The notes beneath the pieces are model-generated. The model was not told where the DNA came from, did not search any database, and worked only from the letters and a program-made list of their open reading frames with translations. A stretch of 64,000 bases of DNA, from IMG/VR virus record IMGVR_UViG_3300033565_000026, positions 1 to 64,000 of that record. One strand, 5' to 3'. A program made the translations under genes and the position numbers. Shown here one piece after another: positions 26,330 through 35,469 of this stretch. The DNA is from a virus. Within the stretch, counting starts at the first letter, position 1, and every line of letters begins with the position of its first letter.

Positions 26330-26929
26330 ATGAAAAGTATAACAACCGGACTTATCCTTATCTGCCTCCTCACAGGAATGGCAGGGATGGCAACAGCAGA
26401 AACAGAAAACAAAGACCTCCTCACAGAAGGACAACTTGACGCTTTTATCGCTTCCCTCCCACATGAAGCAGGATTCGTTAATACTGCCTCTGAGAAATCA
26501 GTAAGCACAAATCCACAAGAAAAATACGACATTTGGAAAGATTCAGATGGGCAGAAGTATATAAGTTTCTATTTTTCCTCTGATTCTGCAAGAGGATATG
26601 GAAGTAAGTATTACAGTGATTCTGGAAGCTATCTAGGATCGGTTTGTAACCTGAAACTTGATTTTGTTGAGGGATACAAAGGAGAAGAAATAAAAGAAGA
26701 AGTTAAAGAGGATATCAAAGAAGAAACAGTAAAGGAAGATGTTAAAGAAGAAGTAGAAGAGAAGGAAGAGAAAGAAGAGGAAAACGAAGAGGATTATAAA
26801 GTAATCACTAAAGAATCAAAAAAATATAAAATTGAAATTAGACTTACCGAAGACGAAATTGAAGAATTGACCATGAAGGATAAGCTGAGAATCATAAATG
26901 AATTATTTTCAGCATTGAAGATGGGATAA
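26330..26929 (+). CDS. Secreted protein with an acidic E/K low-complexity tract
   Basis: 199 aa with a signal-like N-terminus and EEVKEDIKEETVKEDVKEEVEEKEEKEEENEED. Confidence 0.6.
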   Translation: MKSITTGLILICLLTGMAGMATAETENKDLLTEGQLDAFIASLPHEAGFVNTASEKSVSTNPQEKYDIWKDSDGQKYISFYFSSDSARGYGSKYYSDSGSYLGSVCNLKLDFVEGYKGEEIKEEVKEDIKEETVKEDVKEEVEEKEEKEEENEEDYKVITKESKKYKIEIRLTEDEIEELTMKDKLRIINELFSALKMG

Positions 26930-26955
26930 TCCCATCTTGTTTTTAAGGTGATTAT

Positions 26956-27459
26956 ATGAACATAAAACTTTTAACAGTCATTTTCCTGCTATGTTTTTGT
27001 ATCTGTCCAGTAAATGCAGAGACATATAAACCCGAAATCAATGGAGAACAAATAGAAATTAACGATTTTGGGGGCAAATTAACCTTAGAAAATAATCCAG
27101 GTGCAACAGATCCAACATACGAAGAACTTATGAATTTTATAAAGGAGGATAAAACAAACGAATATCTAGTAATTAATTGTGTTCGTGCATGTGGATGGTA
27201 CTCTCAGACTGCCCATAATAACGCAGAAAAAGAGGGAATCTGTGCAGGTGTTGTCTTGTTAATGCCTGAAGATGGAAGTATTGGGCATGGGTTTTTGATG
27301 ACTCACACACAGGATAAGGGGTTAGTGTATTTCGATTGTATGTATGATGATATGATTGTTGATTTGGGTGAGGGATATAGAGCCACGTCTATCTATAATT
27401 CTGAAGATGTGAGATCGCTTGATAGTATTGAGGACTGCCGGAGTTATTATTTTTGGTGA
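26956..27459 (+). CDS. Secreted protein, possible papain/transglutaminase-like Cys peptidase fold
   Basis: 167 aa with a signal peptide. It carries an ordered C..H..D (CGWYSQTAH, IGHGFLMTH, LVYFD). The functional call is speculative. Confidence 0.35.
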   Translation: MNIKLLTVIFLLCFCICPVNAETYKPEINGEQIEINDFGGKLTLENNPGATDPTYEELMNFIKEDKTNEYLVINCVRACGWYSQTAHNNAEKEGICAGVVLLMPEDGSIGHGFLMTHTQDKGLVYFDCMYDDMIVDLGEGYRATSIYNSEDVRSLDSIEDCRSYYFW

Positions 27460-27809
27460 GTGATTATGAGACACGGTTTCAAAATGAAATGGATGTTTTA
27501 CAGAACATTTTTTAAATTTGCTGTCCTGCTATCGGTTTATTTTGCAGGATATTACCACGTTGTAAGTATATGAGGAACTAAAAATGGGTTAGAAAGTCAG
27601 TTAGTGAGGGATTGAAATGACAAACATCTTTACAGAGTTCGATTTTTTATTATATTCTATTAGTGTAGGAAACCAAAAATTACAGAATGACAAATTAACT
27701 GTAAAAATAAAGTATGATGGGTTAAGGGGTATGGGATTATGAGTATAGAACAATTAAAAGAATTACAGGCGTTGGCTATTTTAAAAAAATAAAAAAGTGT
27801 GGTGTAGAT

Positions 27810-28031
27810 ATGAAAATCCTTGTTTGGGAATGTCAGTGTTGCAGTAATAGAGCGTGTATATTGCCATTTACAGGTACTAAAAATTCTTGTGGATTTGAAC
27901 GACCTGATTTTTGTATTCAGGATTGTACTTGTGGGACATATCCCTGGAAACTAATTAAAATTGATGAACAACGTATTTTGGACTATTATATAAATGCAAA
28001 TCATAAATGGATAAAGGAGAAAAATAAATGA
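27810..28031 (+). CDS. Cys-rich small protein
   Basis: 73 aa with 9 Cys in the first 45 residues (CQCCSNRAC..C..CIQDCTC). Confidence 0.5.
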   Translation: MKILVWECQCCSNRACILPFTGTKNSCGFERPDFCIQDCTCGTYPWKLIKIDEQRILDYYINANHKWIKEKNK

Positions 28032-28142
28032 TTTCTATATCAAGATGTCCTTTTTGCCTGCTAAAATGGGACTGCGTGCCGTATAAAAAAGGGTATTTCA
28101 AACATGAGGATAGAGATAAAGCTGCATGTATGAGGTGAAATT

Positions 28143-28319
28143 TTGAATAAAGAGTTACTTAAAAAAATTGGGTTTGAAAATGAAGTCAACTTGGCTGAGA
28201 GTGGTAAATGTCCACTGTGTAAAAAAGAAGTTGGAAAATTTAGAGACTCGGCATCGAAGATGGAGTATCGCATTTCTGGTATGTGTCAAGTCTGTCAAGA
28301 TAAAATTTTTGGGAGATGA
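28143..28319 (+). CDS. Small zinc-binding protein (58 aa)
   Basis: TTG start 5 nt after AGGTGA. It has CPLC..CQVC and TGA at 28317-28319. It explains the region better than the antisense track ORF 28061-28273. Confidence 0.4.
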   Translation: MNKELLKKIGFENEVNLAESGKCPLCKKEVGKFRDSASKMEYRISGMCQVCQDKIFGR

Positions 28320-28425
28320 ATGTGCAATCTCCCTATAACCCCCGAATAAGAGAGATTGCAGTTTATTATGATATGGAAAAACGTTCTTTTTTATATTTGA
28401 ATTATTAAGAAATTGAGGTTATTTT

Positions 28426-28617
28426 ATGTTTTATTACTATGCTGCAGTATATGGGAGAGATAATAAATATCTACCCTTTGGTCATATAGATATGACAGGG
28501 TTTGCGCCTTCAAAAATAGACGCGATTAAAAATTTGAGTATAACTAAGAGGTATATAATACTAAATTTGATAGAGTTAACTGAAGCTGAATATAATGAAT
28601 ATAGGAGGGAGGAATGA
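28426..28617 (+). CDS. Hypothetical protein
   Basis: 63 aa, preceded by TGAGGTTATTTT. Confidence 0.45.
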   Translation: MFYYYAAVYGRDNKYLPFGHIDMTGFAPSKIDAIKNLSITKRYIILNLIELTEAEYNEYRREE

Positions 28618-28647
28618 ATTATCAACAACATGTAGGAAAGCTTCCCT

Positions 28648-28938
28648 TCACTTCTCTTTTAATTCCTTTAATTTATCCTGCCCTGCTTCCGTAATTACCC
28701 AATAATAAGCAGGATCAAGCTCTTTTTCAATCCTGCATACAAATCCTTCTTTCTCAAGTTTCTGCAATGATTCATTGAACCATTTCAGAGTCGGGATACA
28801 ATATAATGTATTAATTTTACAGAGTTCTTTTTTGATTACGGATGTTTTCTTCTCCCTTGTTTTCAAGAGGACTAAGAGGATTTTATAGGGATCGTAATCC
28901 CTTCTGAATCCTCTGTATCCTTTTTCGCCTGATTTCAT
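28648..28938 (-). CDS. Winged-helix transcription regulator
   Basis: 96 aa. YKILLVLLK..SVIKKEL...LQKLEKEGFV fits a wHTH with a wing. The start is ATGA-coupled to the upstream gene. Confidence 0.55.
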   Translation of the reverse strand: MKSGEKGYRGFRRDYDPYKILLVLLKTREKKTSVIKKELCKINTLYCIPTLKWFNESLQKLEKEGFVCRIEKELDPAYYWVITEAGQDKLKELKEK

Positions 28939-29168
28939 TGATTTAACCTCTTATACTCCTCTCTTAATGCTGAGTATTTGTCAACATGCCCGCAAGGGTT
29001 ATTCCATCCATCAACTATCATCCATCGTGACCCATCATAAGATCTAATTCTAAACGGCTCTCCTCTTCTTTCTCCACACACAGGACATATCCAGGGGAGT
29101 TCTACGGTCATTTTGCAAATACCATCATGTTCTTCTTTTGAAGGAATAATTACAATCTTTGTTTCCAT
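28935..29168 (-). CDS. Zinc-ribbon protein
   Basis: 77 aa with CPVCG..CGH. It is divergent from repeat B. Confidence 0.55.
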   Translation of the reverse strand: METKIVIIPSKEEHDGICKMTVELPWICPVCGERRGEPFRIRSYDGSRWMIVDGWNNPCGHVDKYSALREEYKRLNQ

Positions 29169-29240
29169 CTTAATTACCTCATTGCTTTGTACTACTCTTT
29201 ATACATCTCATTACTTAAATAGTTTGTGTTAGTTGCAACC

Positions 29241-29324
29241 AATACAAGTGTTTAAATACTACTTCTTCCATATAGAGTAGTACACGCGGGTGAAATGCCC
29301 TGAGATATAAGGAGAGATATAAAG
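29241..29324 (+). promoter_or_regulatory. Duplicated promoter/5'UTR module, copy B
   Basis: It aligns with 15164-15244. It has TTTAAATACTAC, the hairpin GGGT-GAAAT-GCCC (the C-G pair of copy A is replaced by a U-G wobble), and GGAGAG before the ATG. Confidence 0.6.
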
Positions 29325-29522
29325 ATGACAACTGAATGCGAAGTAAAATCAATAGCAAAAAACTATAATAATGTAAAAATAATGAGAGAATGTAATCAAA
29401 TATATGTATGTATTGGGGATTTCCCTAAAGAAGATGGTTCATCCAGGATTAACATTAAAACCATGTTTCCCAATGAAATAAGAGAGTGGATTGAACGCGA
29501 ATTGTATGTTAAAAAGAGGTAA
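29325..29522 (+). CDS. Hypothetical protein
   Basis: 65 aa ORF downstream of repeat B. It is not homologous to the gene after repeat A. Confidence 0.5.
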   Translation: MTTECEVKSIAKNYNNVKIMRECNQIYVCIGDFPKEDGSSRINIKTMFPNEIREWIERELYVKKR

Positions 29523-29633
29523 GTATGAGAATATCAAGGCGACTTATATATAAACACTGGAATCCTGTAACATACTGGAAAAACAGAGGATGTATATATA
29601 CATCTGATGAAACCGGATGTAGTTGCGAGAGAA

Positions 29634-30470
29634 TTAAGTCTTAATCACATTATTTTTTAAAATAGCTCCCTGGACACTTATTCCTGGAGACTTACACTTT
29701 TCAATTATATTCTCTTTTATGAGAACATTACTCATTTTTGTATTTAATCCAATTATTCCAGGATAAGGTAAGCCTCTAATCTTATTTCCTTCTATTGTAA
29801 TATCTTTTAAACTCCCTTGTAATTGTAATCCTGTATAACCTCCTCCTGAAGTTACACAAGAATTATAAGAGAACTCTCCTTTATCAACATTATAAAATCT
29901 ACATGAAGAGTTTGTTCTATTTATAAATACAGAATTATATACTGAGATATTAGAGCAATCATAACAATAAATACCGTCATGTCCACACTTATTTACTGTG
30001 ATTCCATCTATGAGAACATTAGAACAGTCATGGAGTAAAACAGCATCATTGCAGCCATTTTTAAAAGTGCAGTCCTCAATAGTTAATCCTGAAACACCTA
30101 TAAAATTACACATATTAAATTGAGATGTGCCTAATTTTACATCTGGATAATAATCTGCTTGACTTCCATCAATGGTAATCCCACTTAGCTTAATATCCTT
30201 TACAGATGCGTTTCTACTCATTAACATTGCTTTTTCTTCTAAGATTGAACATTTAGGATATCCCCATTTAGAAAGCCCTTTAACGAGCTTTAAAATAGCT
30301 CCACCTTGTAAAATAGTATGTGAAGGGAATAATAGAGAATCTTTAATAGAATATATCTGATTTTCTTCTAGCTCAACGACTCCGGCATGACTTAAAGCCT
30401 GGTTCAACTCCTTTGACGTAATGCCTTTGTATGTACGTTTTTTGCCATCATTACCGTGAGCTATTATCAT
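29634..30470 (-). CDS. Beta-helix protein without a signal peptide
   Basis: 278 aa with repeated turns (CNDAVLLHDCSNVLIDGITVNKCGHDGIYCYDCSNISVYNSVF) and no N-terminal hydrophobic segment. Confidence 0.6.
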   Translation of the reverse strand: MIIAHGNDGKKRTYKGITSKELNQALSHAGVVELEENQIYSIKDSLLFPSHTILQGGAILKLVKGLSKWGYPKCSILEEKAMLMSRNASVKDIKLSGITIDGSQADYYPDVKLGTSQFNMCNFIGVSGLTIEDCTFKNGCNDAVLLHDCSNVLIDGITVNKCGHDGIYCYDCSNISVYNSVFINRTNSSCRFYNVDKGEFSYNSCVTSGGGYTGLQLQGSLKDITIEGNKIRGLPYPGIIGLNTKMSNVLIKENIIEKCKSPGISVQGAILKNNVIKT

Positions 30471-30832
30471 TTTTTAATCTCCGTTTTTTCAATATCCTTT
30501 ATATACGGAATTTCCTTTATCATGTGATTATTCAGGTTGATGTACTCCCCTAAAATCATCATAGCTTTATCATAATCTATTGAACCATCTTCTGAAGGAG
30601 CAATACACCTGAGAATATTAATCAAATTATCTGGCTGATTCAGTTTATCGAGTGCGTTCCCGTTCTGCTTTTGAATCGCTTTAGCTTCTTCATAAGTAAC
30701 GCCCATAAGCTTCGTTTTCCATATTTTTATGTATCCTGCTCTTTTTAAATAAGTATATATAGATATTATAATTGTACTTCCCACTCCGATGCAGGTTCCA
30801 ATACTCTCCCCGATTGCGATAATATCATACAA
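30467..30832 (-). CDS. Small membrane protein (holin-like position)
   Basis: 121 aa with an N-terminal helix IGTCIGVGSTIIISIYTYL, preceded by GGTGAGG. Confidence 0.45.
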   Translation of the reverse strand: MYDIIAIGESIGTCIGVGSTIIISIYTYLKRAGYIKIWKTKLMGVTYEEAKAIQKQNGNALDKLNQPDNLINILRCIAPSEDGSIDYDKAMMILGEYINLNNHMIKEIPYIKDIEKTEIKK

Positions 30833-30906
30833 TTTGCCTCACCGCAGAGATTCCCTTATACTGTGCATTAACTCAGCCCATAACGTTTTTAAGTACCGAA
30901 GCATAA

Positions 30907-31194
30907 TTACACCTTATATTTATTCATCAAATATTTGATTTCTGGATCGTTTACAATTCCGATGATTTCATTGATAATTGCTTTCTGTTCTTCCTGTGAA
31001 ATTACACCATCCGAAGAGGCTTTATTAACATTCTGTCCTAATGTTCTTATCTGATTAAGAGCGTTAAGAGCAATTCCAAGACTGTTTAAGGCTCCTTCGA
31101 GCTGTGGTTTATATTTCACTACCAAAAAGCCTAAACTCATTGATCCAACGCCAAGCAATCCGTTTAATCCATAAGAGAATAGTTCTGCATCCAT
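30907..31194 (-). CDS. Small membrane protein (holin-like position)
   Basis: Start set at ATG 31194, which lies 9 nt after the GGAG of TTCGGAGCTAA (31201-31210 on +). The hydrophobic segment is LLGVGSMSLGFLVV. Confidence 0.45.
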   Translation of the reverse strand: MDAELFSYGLNGLLGVGSMSLGFLVVKYKPQLEGALNSLGIALNALNQIRTLGQNVNKASSDGVISQEEQKAIINEIIGIVNDPEIKYLMNKYKV

Positions 31195-31401
31195 GTTTTT
31201 TAGCTCCGAATTTTCCATTTATCACATACGTGATTCTTTCCCACTGACAAACCTGTTACCTCACATAATCCAAACACAAAAAAATCAGAATCTTCTGTAA
31301 ATTCCTTACAATTATAACATTTCTTTTGATTTTTCAAAGAATCAATTCTGGCTATTTCGTCATGCTGTCTATTAATTTCGTATAGGGTGGTTAATAATGT
31401 A

Positions 31402-31941
31402 TTACACGTCTTTCATCAACTCCTTATAGATAGTGACATCATCAGTAGTTAACGTTTTTAGAGAGGTTATTAGTTCATCAGCTTTTGATTCAGATGAACA
31501 TGTAACAACAATAAGAGCGGGAACGTCTGCTTCTGGAAGTTCTTCTTTCGGTTCTTCAATTACTTCTGGCGCTCCTCCAAGATAATTATAGGTAACTTTC
31601 AAATCTTTGAACTTCGCAAAATAAGCAGCGTTAGCCGTTTTTAGATAAGCTCTAATGATAACTCCCTGTCCATTGGAAGAAACATAAGGTATTTTATTAT
31701 AAAATTTTGATACATATTTAGCATCTGAAAACATCCAGGACGCAACCTTTGTTTCTTTCCCTTCAGATTCACAGGAAACCGTCACTGTTGTATAGACTCC
31801 CGCTTTCTGATTGCACAGGTTGACTGAAAAATCAGTTATAGATATTTGGGTATCAGGCTTTCCTTCAAGTGTTATTGTTTTTTTCAGATCGTCACTTAAT
31901 TTTTTTGTTGTGTACTCGGTTGAGTCTGATTCAGTTGTCAT
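31402..31941 (-). CDS. Hypothetical protein
   Basis: 179 aa ORF lying 1 nt downstream of the beta-helix gene. Confidence 0.6.
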   Translation of the reverse strand: MTTESDSTEYTTKKLSDDLKKTITLEGKPDTQISITDFSVNLCNQKAGVYTTVTVSCESEGKETKVASWMFSDAKYVSKFYNKIPYVSSNGQGVIIRAYLKTANAAYFAKFKDLKVTYNYLGGAPEVIEEPKEELPEADVPALIVVTCSSESKADELITSLKTLTTDDVTIYKELMKDV

Positions 31942-31942
31942 A

Positions 31943-33298
31943 TTACCTCCTGTAAATCTTATAATCGGTAGTTAGTGCCTTTGTTAGTTCTGGAAGATGT
32001 CTTTCGAAACAGGAAATTAATACTTTAGTTTCATTATCCATGGTATCAGTAAAACAGCCTAATCCATGGTATCTACATGGACTGTTATCTTGCAGGTGGT
32101 AATCTCCGTTTCCTTTGTACCATGGATCAATATTATATTCGCTCTGAACAGTCACAGCATAATTATTGTTAGTATTACCATGGTAACAATTTTCAGAGCA
32201 TACCACAGTATTTCTATTGCCTGTTAGATTGGCGATTGCTGAACCTGAAGCAGTTCCTTTATAGTTACTTTCTTTCGTGTTAGTTACTATATTTCTTGTT
32301 ACCGTGGATTTTAAGCCTACCAATATACTTGATGTCTGCCAACCAGAAAACACAATTCCATAGCCCATACACTTATCAAAAGTATTATTTTCAATGTTAG
32401 CGTCAAATCCGTCAATACAGATTCCCCCCACATCATCAGTCTTGATGGCAGCAGGCTCAAGCCCACAATTCACGGAAAGGTTATTGTGAATGTTGATATT
32501 GTTCTGCCCCGCCGTACCTATAACCCACATTGCAGGACCAAACGAATCAGAAAGAGAATTCTCAAATACTTCAATATCCTGGCAATTCCAATTTTCAGCA
32601 GTATTTTGCACCTGAATAAGTGGGCCTGTATTTCCTTTCGTGCCTCTTAATTTACAGTTATGGATTCTTCCATTTATAACAGAACGAAAACGGACAGCCG
32701 CATTAACTTCAGTATCAATATCAAGCTCCGAGACATCTACATTTCTCGCACCTGCAACACATACAACGTCATGCCCTCCTCTACTTCCTGTTATTCGCTT
32801 GATAGTGATATCCTGCCCGCCCTCAATGCGGATTCCATCGCCTAGATTATTTCTAAAATCAATATTTTCAAAAGAGCATTTAGAAGAATTTGTATATTTT
32901 ACACTGCCTAACGAACCTAACATAAAAAAATTATGATAGCCTTGCCCCCATTGCTTGGATGCTTCTTTTCCTGAATGTCCGTTCCAGCCAGGTACGAACT
33001 TCTGATAGTCTCTATTCCCTTCAAATTTGAGATTTTTAAATGTTAACTTTTCAGCAGAAGAGGGATTCTTAGGAGCAATAAGAGGGATTTGCAGCCCAAA
33101 GGGTTTTAGAGGTGCATTCTCCATTAGGGTAAACTTACAGCCTTGCCCATCCCATTCAGTATTATTATAAACTCTAATAAGTGAATTGATCTCAATGTCT
33201 GGAGTGTCAAAAATGTATTTAGCTGGAGTATTTCCAATAGAATTTATTAATTTTTGTAGTTTTTGAGAATCATCTATAGTAACGGTTACCGTTTTCAT
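31943..33298 (-). CDS. Beta-helix protein without a signal peptide (paralog of 24442-26256)
   Basis: Start set at ATG 33298, which lies 6 nt after the GGAG of TCGGAGCTATAT. GDGIRIEG..RGGHDVVC..GPLIQVQ..IHNNL aligns with GDGLRLSG..MGGHDVFF..GPAIQIQ..LHHNL. Confidence 0.65.
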   Translation of the reverse strand: MKTVTVTIDDSQKLQKLINSIGNTPAKYIFDTPDIEINSLIRVYNNTEWDGQGCKFTLMENAPLKPFGLQIPLIAPKNPSSAEKLTFKNLKFEGNRDYQKFVPGWNGHSGKEASKQWGQGYHNFFMLGSLGSVKYTNSSKCSFENIDFRNNLGDGIRIEGGQDITIKRITGSRGGHDVVCVAGARNVDVSELDIDTEVNAAVRFRSVINGRIHNCKLRGTKGNTGPLIQVQNTAENWNCQDIEVFENSLSDSFGPAMWVIGTAGQNNINIHNNLSVNCGLEPAAIKTDDVGGICIDGFDANIENNTFDKCMGYGIVFSGWQTSSILVGLKSTVTRNIVTNTKESNYKGTASGSAIANLTGNRNTVVCSENCYHGNTNNNYAVTVQSEYNIDPWYKGNGDYHLQDNSPCRYHGLGCFTDTMDNETKVLISCFERHLPELTKALTTDYKIYRR

Positions 33299-33430
33299 AT
33301 ATAGCTCCGATTTGGGCAACCTTGCCGATAAAGAAAAAGTTGAATATAAAATATAAAGATAAAGATATATTTAGATATATCTAATTAAAAAAGTGAATAA
33401 GTTTTTATAAAAAAGAAGAATTTTAAAAGT

Positions 33431-33604
33431 TTAATCGTCTGTTAAATCTCTATCTTCATTTAAAAAGTCTAAGAAATTCTCCCCAACATTCAATACTTTA
33501 AATGTTTCCTCCTTCAATACATCCAAATCGTACAAAAGAAGGATAATTTCTTTTAAGGCTTGCTCGTTCTCGCAAGGAATAAGGAGGGAAGGAAGGGAAT
33601 TCAT
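33431..33604 (-). CDS. Small acidic protein (57 aa)
   Basis: ATG 33604 overlaps the TGA of the upstream gene (ATGA). TAA is at 33431-33433. Below the track cut-off. Confidence 0.45.
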   Translation of the reverse strand: MNSLPSLLIPCENEQALKEIILLLYDLDVLKEETFKVLNVGENFLDFLNEDRDLTDD

Positions 33605-33969
33605 AATCCTCCAATCGCTAAAACAGCTTTCTCGATCTTCTTAATTTTCTCCATCCGCTCAGCAGACACATACTCGCCTTTATCTTCTCCAAGTACGTCA
33701 GCAACGGATTTAATTTGATAATTCCTAACCATTTCTTCACTAAAGAGCATACGAGGTATTTTCATTCCTTCATCTATTACAGGAAACGCAGGATTTTCAA
33801 GCAGGAATAAAAACTCATTAGTTTCAAAATCAAAATGAACAGTATGTGATATTGTGCCTTCGGGTAGTCTAATTTTATTTATCTTATTCATTTCGCCAAA
33901 CTCTTGAAACAGATTTAAGATTGCTTCTTGAGGGATTGGAAGGATCTTATAGCGGTTGGTTCGTTTCAT
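33601..33969 (-). CDS. Hypothetical protein
   Basis: 122 aa ORF. Confidence 0.6.
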   Translation of the reverse strand: MKRTNRYKILPIPQEAILNLFQEFGEMNKINKIRLPEGTISHTVHFDFETNEFLFLLENPAFPVIDEGMKIPRMLFSEEMVRNYQIKSVADVLGEDKGEYVSAERMEKIKKIEKAVLAIGGL

Positions 33970-33971
33970 TC

Positions 33972-34370
33972 TTACACCTTCCCCACCAAATACTTAACAA
34001 CTCCCTCGCTTATATGATTCCTCTTCCCCACTTCTCCGCATATCTCCCAATCTGAACTTCCTGCATCTCTCATTTCCTTAACTCTCTCAAGAGCAGAATC
34101 ATCAATTAAAAAATACTCGCTCAAATCCTTTCTATGCCCCCATACATCCCCTTCTACAACCTGAATCTTTTGCATAGAAAGGAACAATTGAATAGATTTT
34201 GACATAGATCTTTTGTAAGATTTCGGTATCTGGATTACCTCTAATTTCGGGCATTGCTCTACTATATTAAAAATATCTTTTGAAGATGGTCTATACGCAA
34301 CGTGGATAAGACGTTCAGATGGCAGCACATCGAAAATTTCATTTCGTTTTGAGATTACTCTTATTTTCAT
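33972..34370 (-). CDS. Hypothetical protein
   Basis: 132 aa. The ATG lies 7 nt after the GGAG of TCGGAGCTATACT. Confidence 0.6.
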   Translation of the reverse strand: MKIRVISKRNEIFDVLPSERLIHVAYRPSSKDIFNIVEQCPKLEVIQIPKSYKRSMSKSIQLFLSMQKIQVVEGDVWGHRKDLSEYFLIDDSALERVKEMRDAGSSDWEICGEVGKRNHISEGVVKYLVGKV

Positions 34371-34476
34371 AGTATAGCTCCGATTGTTAAAAATTAACGG
34401 AGTTATATTTTGACTTATTGTATATATTTATTACTGAAAAAAGGAGGGAAGTATAAAAGTTAGGAGATAAAAAAAG

Positions 34477-34620
34477 TTACTTTAAATGTAAAATTTCCCC
34501 GCAATAAGGACAATAAACTCTACCATCTTCTTTTATTTCTACCTTGAAACCTTTGCAGAAATGAGAACCGAAATATTGTTTAGGGCGTTTTTGTGGTTGG
34601 AAATGAGATGTTTGAATCAT
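34477..34620 (-). CDS. Small zinc-ribbon-like protein (47 aa)
   Basis: The ATG lies 8 nt after the GGAG of GCGGAGCTAAAACA. It has C..CPYC. Below the track cut-off. Confidence 0.45.
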   Translation of the reverse strand: MIQTSHFQPQKRPKQYFGSHFCKGFKVEIKEDGRVYCPYCGEILHLK

Positions 34621-34831
34621 TGTTTTAGCTCCGCATTTTTGATATCTGTTAATTATGTATTATTAAATTCAAATTAAATATTAAATAATTCAAATCTCTT
34701 AAATCTCTATTATATTATATCTAAACGAATTTCGTAATTTATTATTTAATTTATTAAATTCGTTTTAGTATAGTATAGTATAGAGTATTATTTTTGAATT
34801 TGATATTAATAAAATGCAAATTAAATATTTA

Positions 34832-35335
34832 TTAATTCAACTTTAAGAAAGATGTTACAGTATCCTTATCCAATCCTTCACTTATCCAGAAGTCTCTTGC
34901 ATACATTTTAGCTTCTTCATATGTCGCAAATTTCAAACCGTCTTTAAGATGCTGTAACCATAACACAGAACACGTCTGCTTTCTCTTCACATTAATTTTA
35001 TATTCTAACAAATGATTCCTTCTTTTTTCTTCAAGCTCACTTACTACTTTATTTACCTCTTCTTCCATTGTCTTATTTTCTTCATATTCTTTTATCATTT
35101 TGCCTAATTGCGAAATCTCTATTTCCATATCTCTTTTTTCTTGTTCCTTCTCTTCTTTCTGTCTTTTAAGTTTCTCTATGGGAGTTTCTTCGCTCTGCAT
35201 CAACACATCTATTGTATCGCGTACCAATTTTGATAAGTCAATATTTTTCTTTAAAATAAAGTCAAAATGTTTACTTTCTATACTAACAGAAGTCGTTTTA
35301 CGATCTTTCAATACTGGTGGTCTGCCTCTTCCCAT
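34832..35335 (-). CDS. Ribbon-helix-helix protein with a coiled-coil tail
   Basis: 167 aa. RGRPPVLKDRKTTSVSIESKHFDFI..LVRDTIDVL fits the RHH pattern, followed by a long E/K-rich helix. Confidence 0.5.
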   Translation of the reverse strand: MGRGRPPVLKDRKTTSVSIESKHFDFILKKNIDLSKLVRDTIDVLMQSEETPIEKLKRQKEEKEQEKRDMEIEISQLGKMIKEYEENKTMEEEVNKVVSELEEKRRNHLLEYKINVKRKQTCSVLWLQHLKDGLKFATYEEAKMYARDFWISEGLDKDTVTSFLKLN

Positions 35336-35469
35336 AGTTACACCTGCTATGAGAACGATAACCTATAAATGCAAAAAAAGACATATTCTAAATTGCAAAC
35401 AAAATATGCTTTTTAAGCTGTTTGGCTTCGGGGATGTTCTCAGCATCCTCGTTGCTTATCGTTCTCGTT

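Noticed and set aside
27460-27809. Several 17-41 codon ORFs, including one with two in-frame TAGs (27585-27608).
   Set aside because: They are too short and lack convincing start contexts. Invoking TAG read-through here would be over-interpretation.
28061-28273. 70-aa minus-strand ORF.
   Set aside because: The same region is better explained by + strand small Cys-rich ORFs with SD-like sequences (28028-28138 and 28143-28319), continuing the + strand run from 27810.
15164-29324. The 80-nt direct repeats as attL/attR of an integrated element.
   Set aside because: Identity is patchy, with the longest identical run about 12 nt. Both copies have promoter/5'UTR architecture in front of ORFs, and no integrase lies within the bounded segment. 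I kept this only as a low-probability alternative in the findings.
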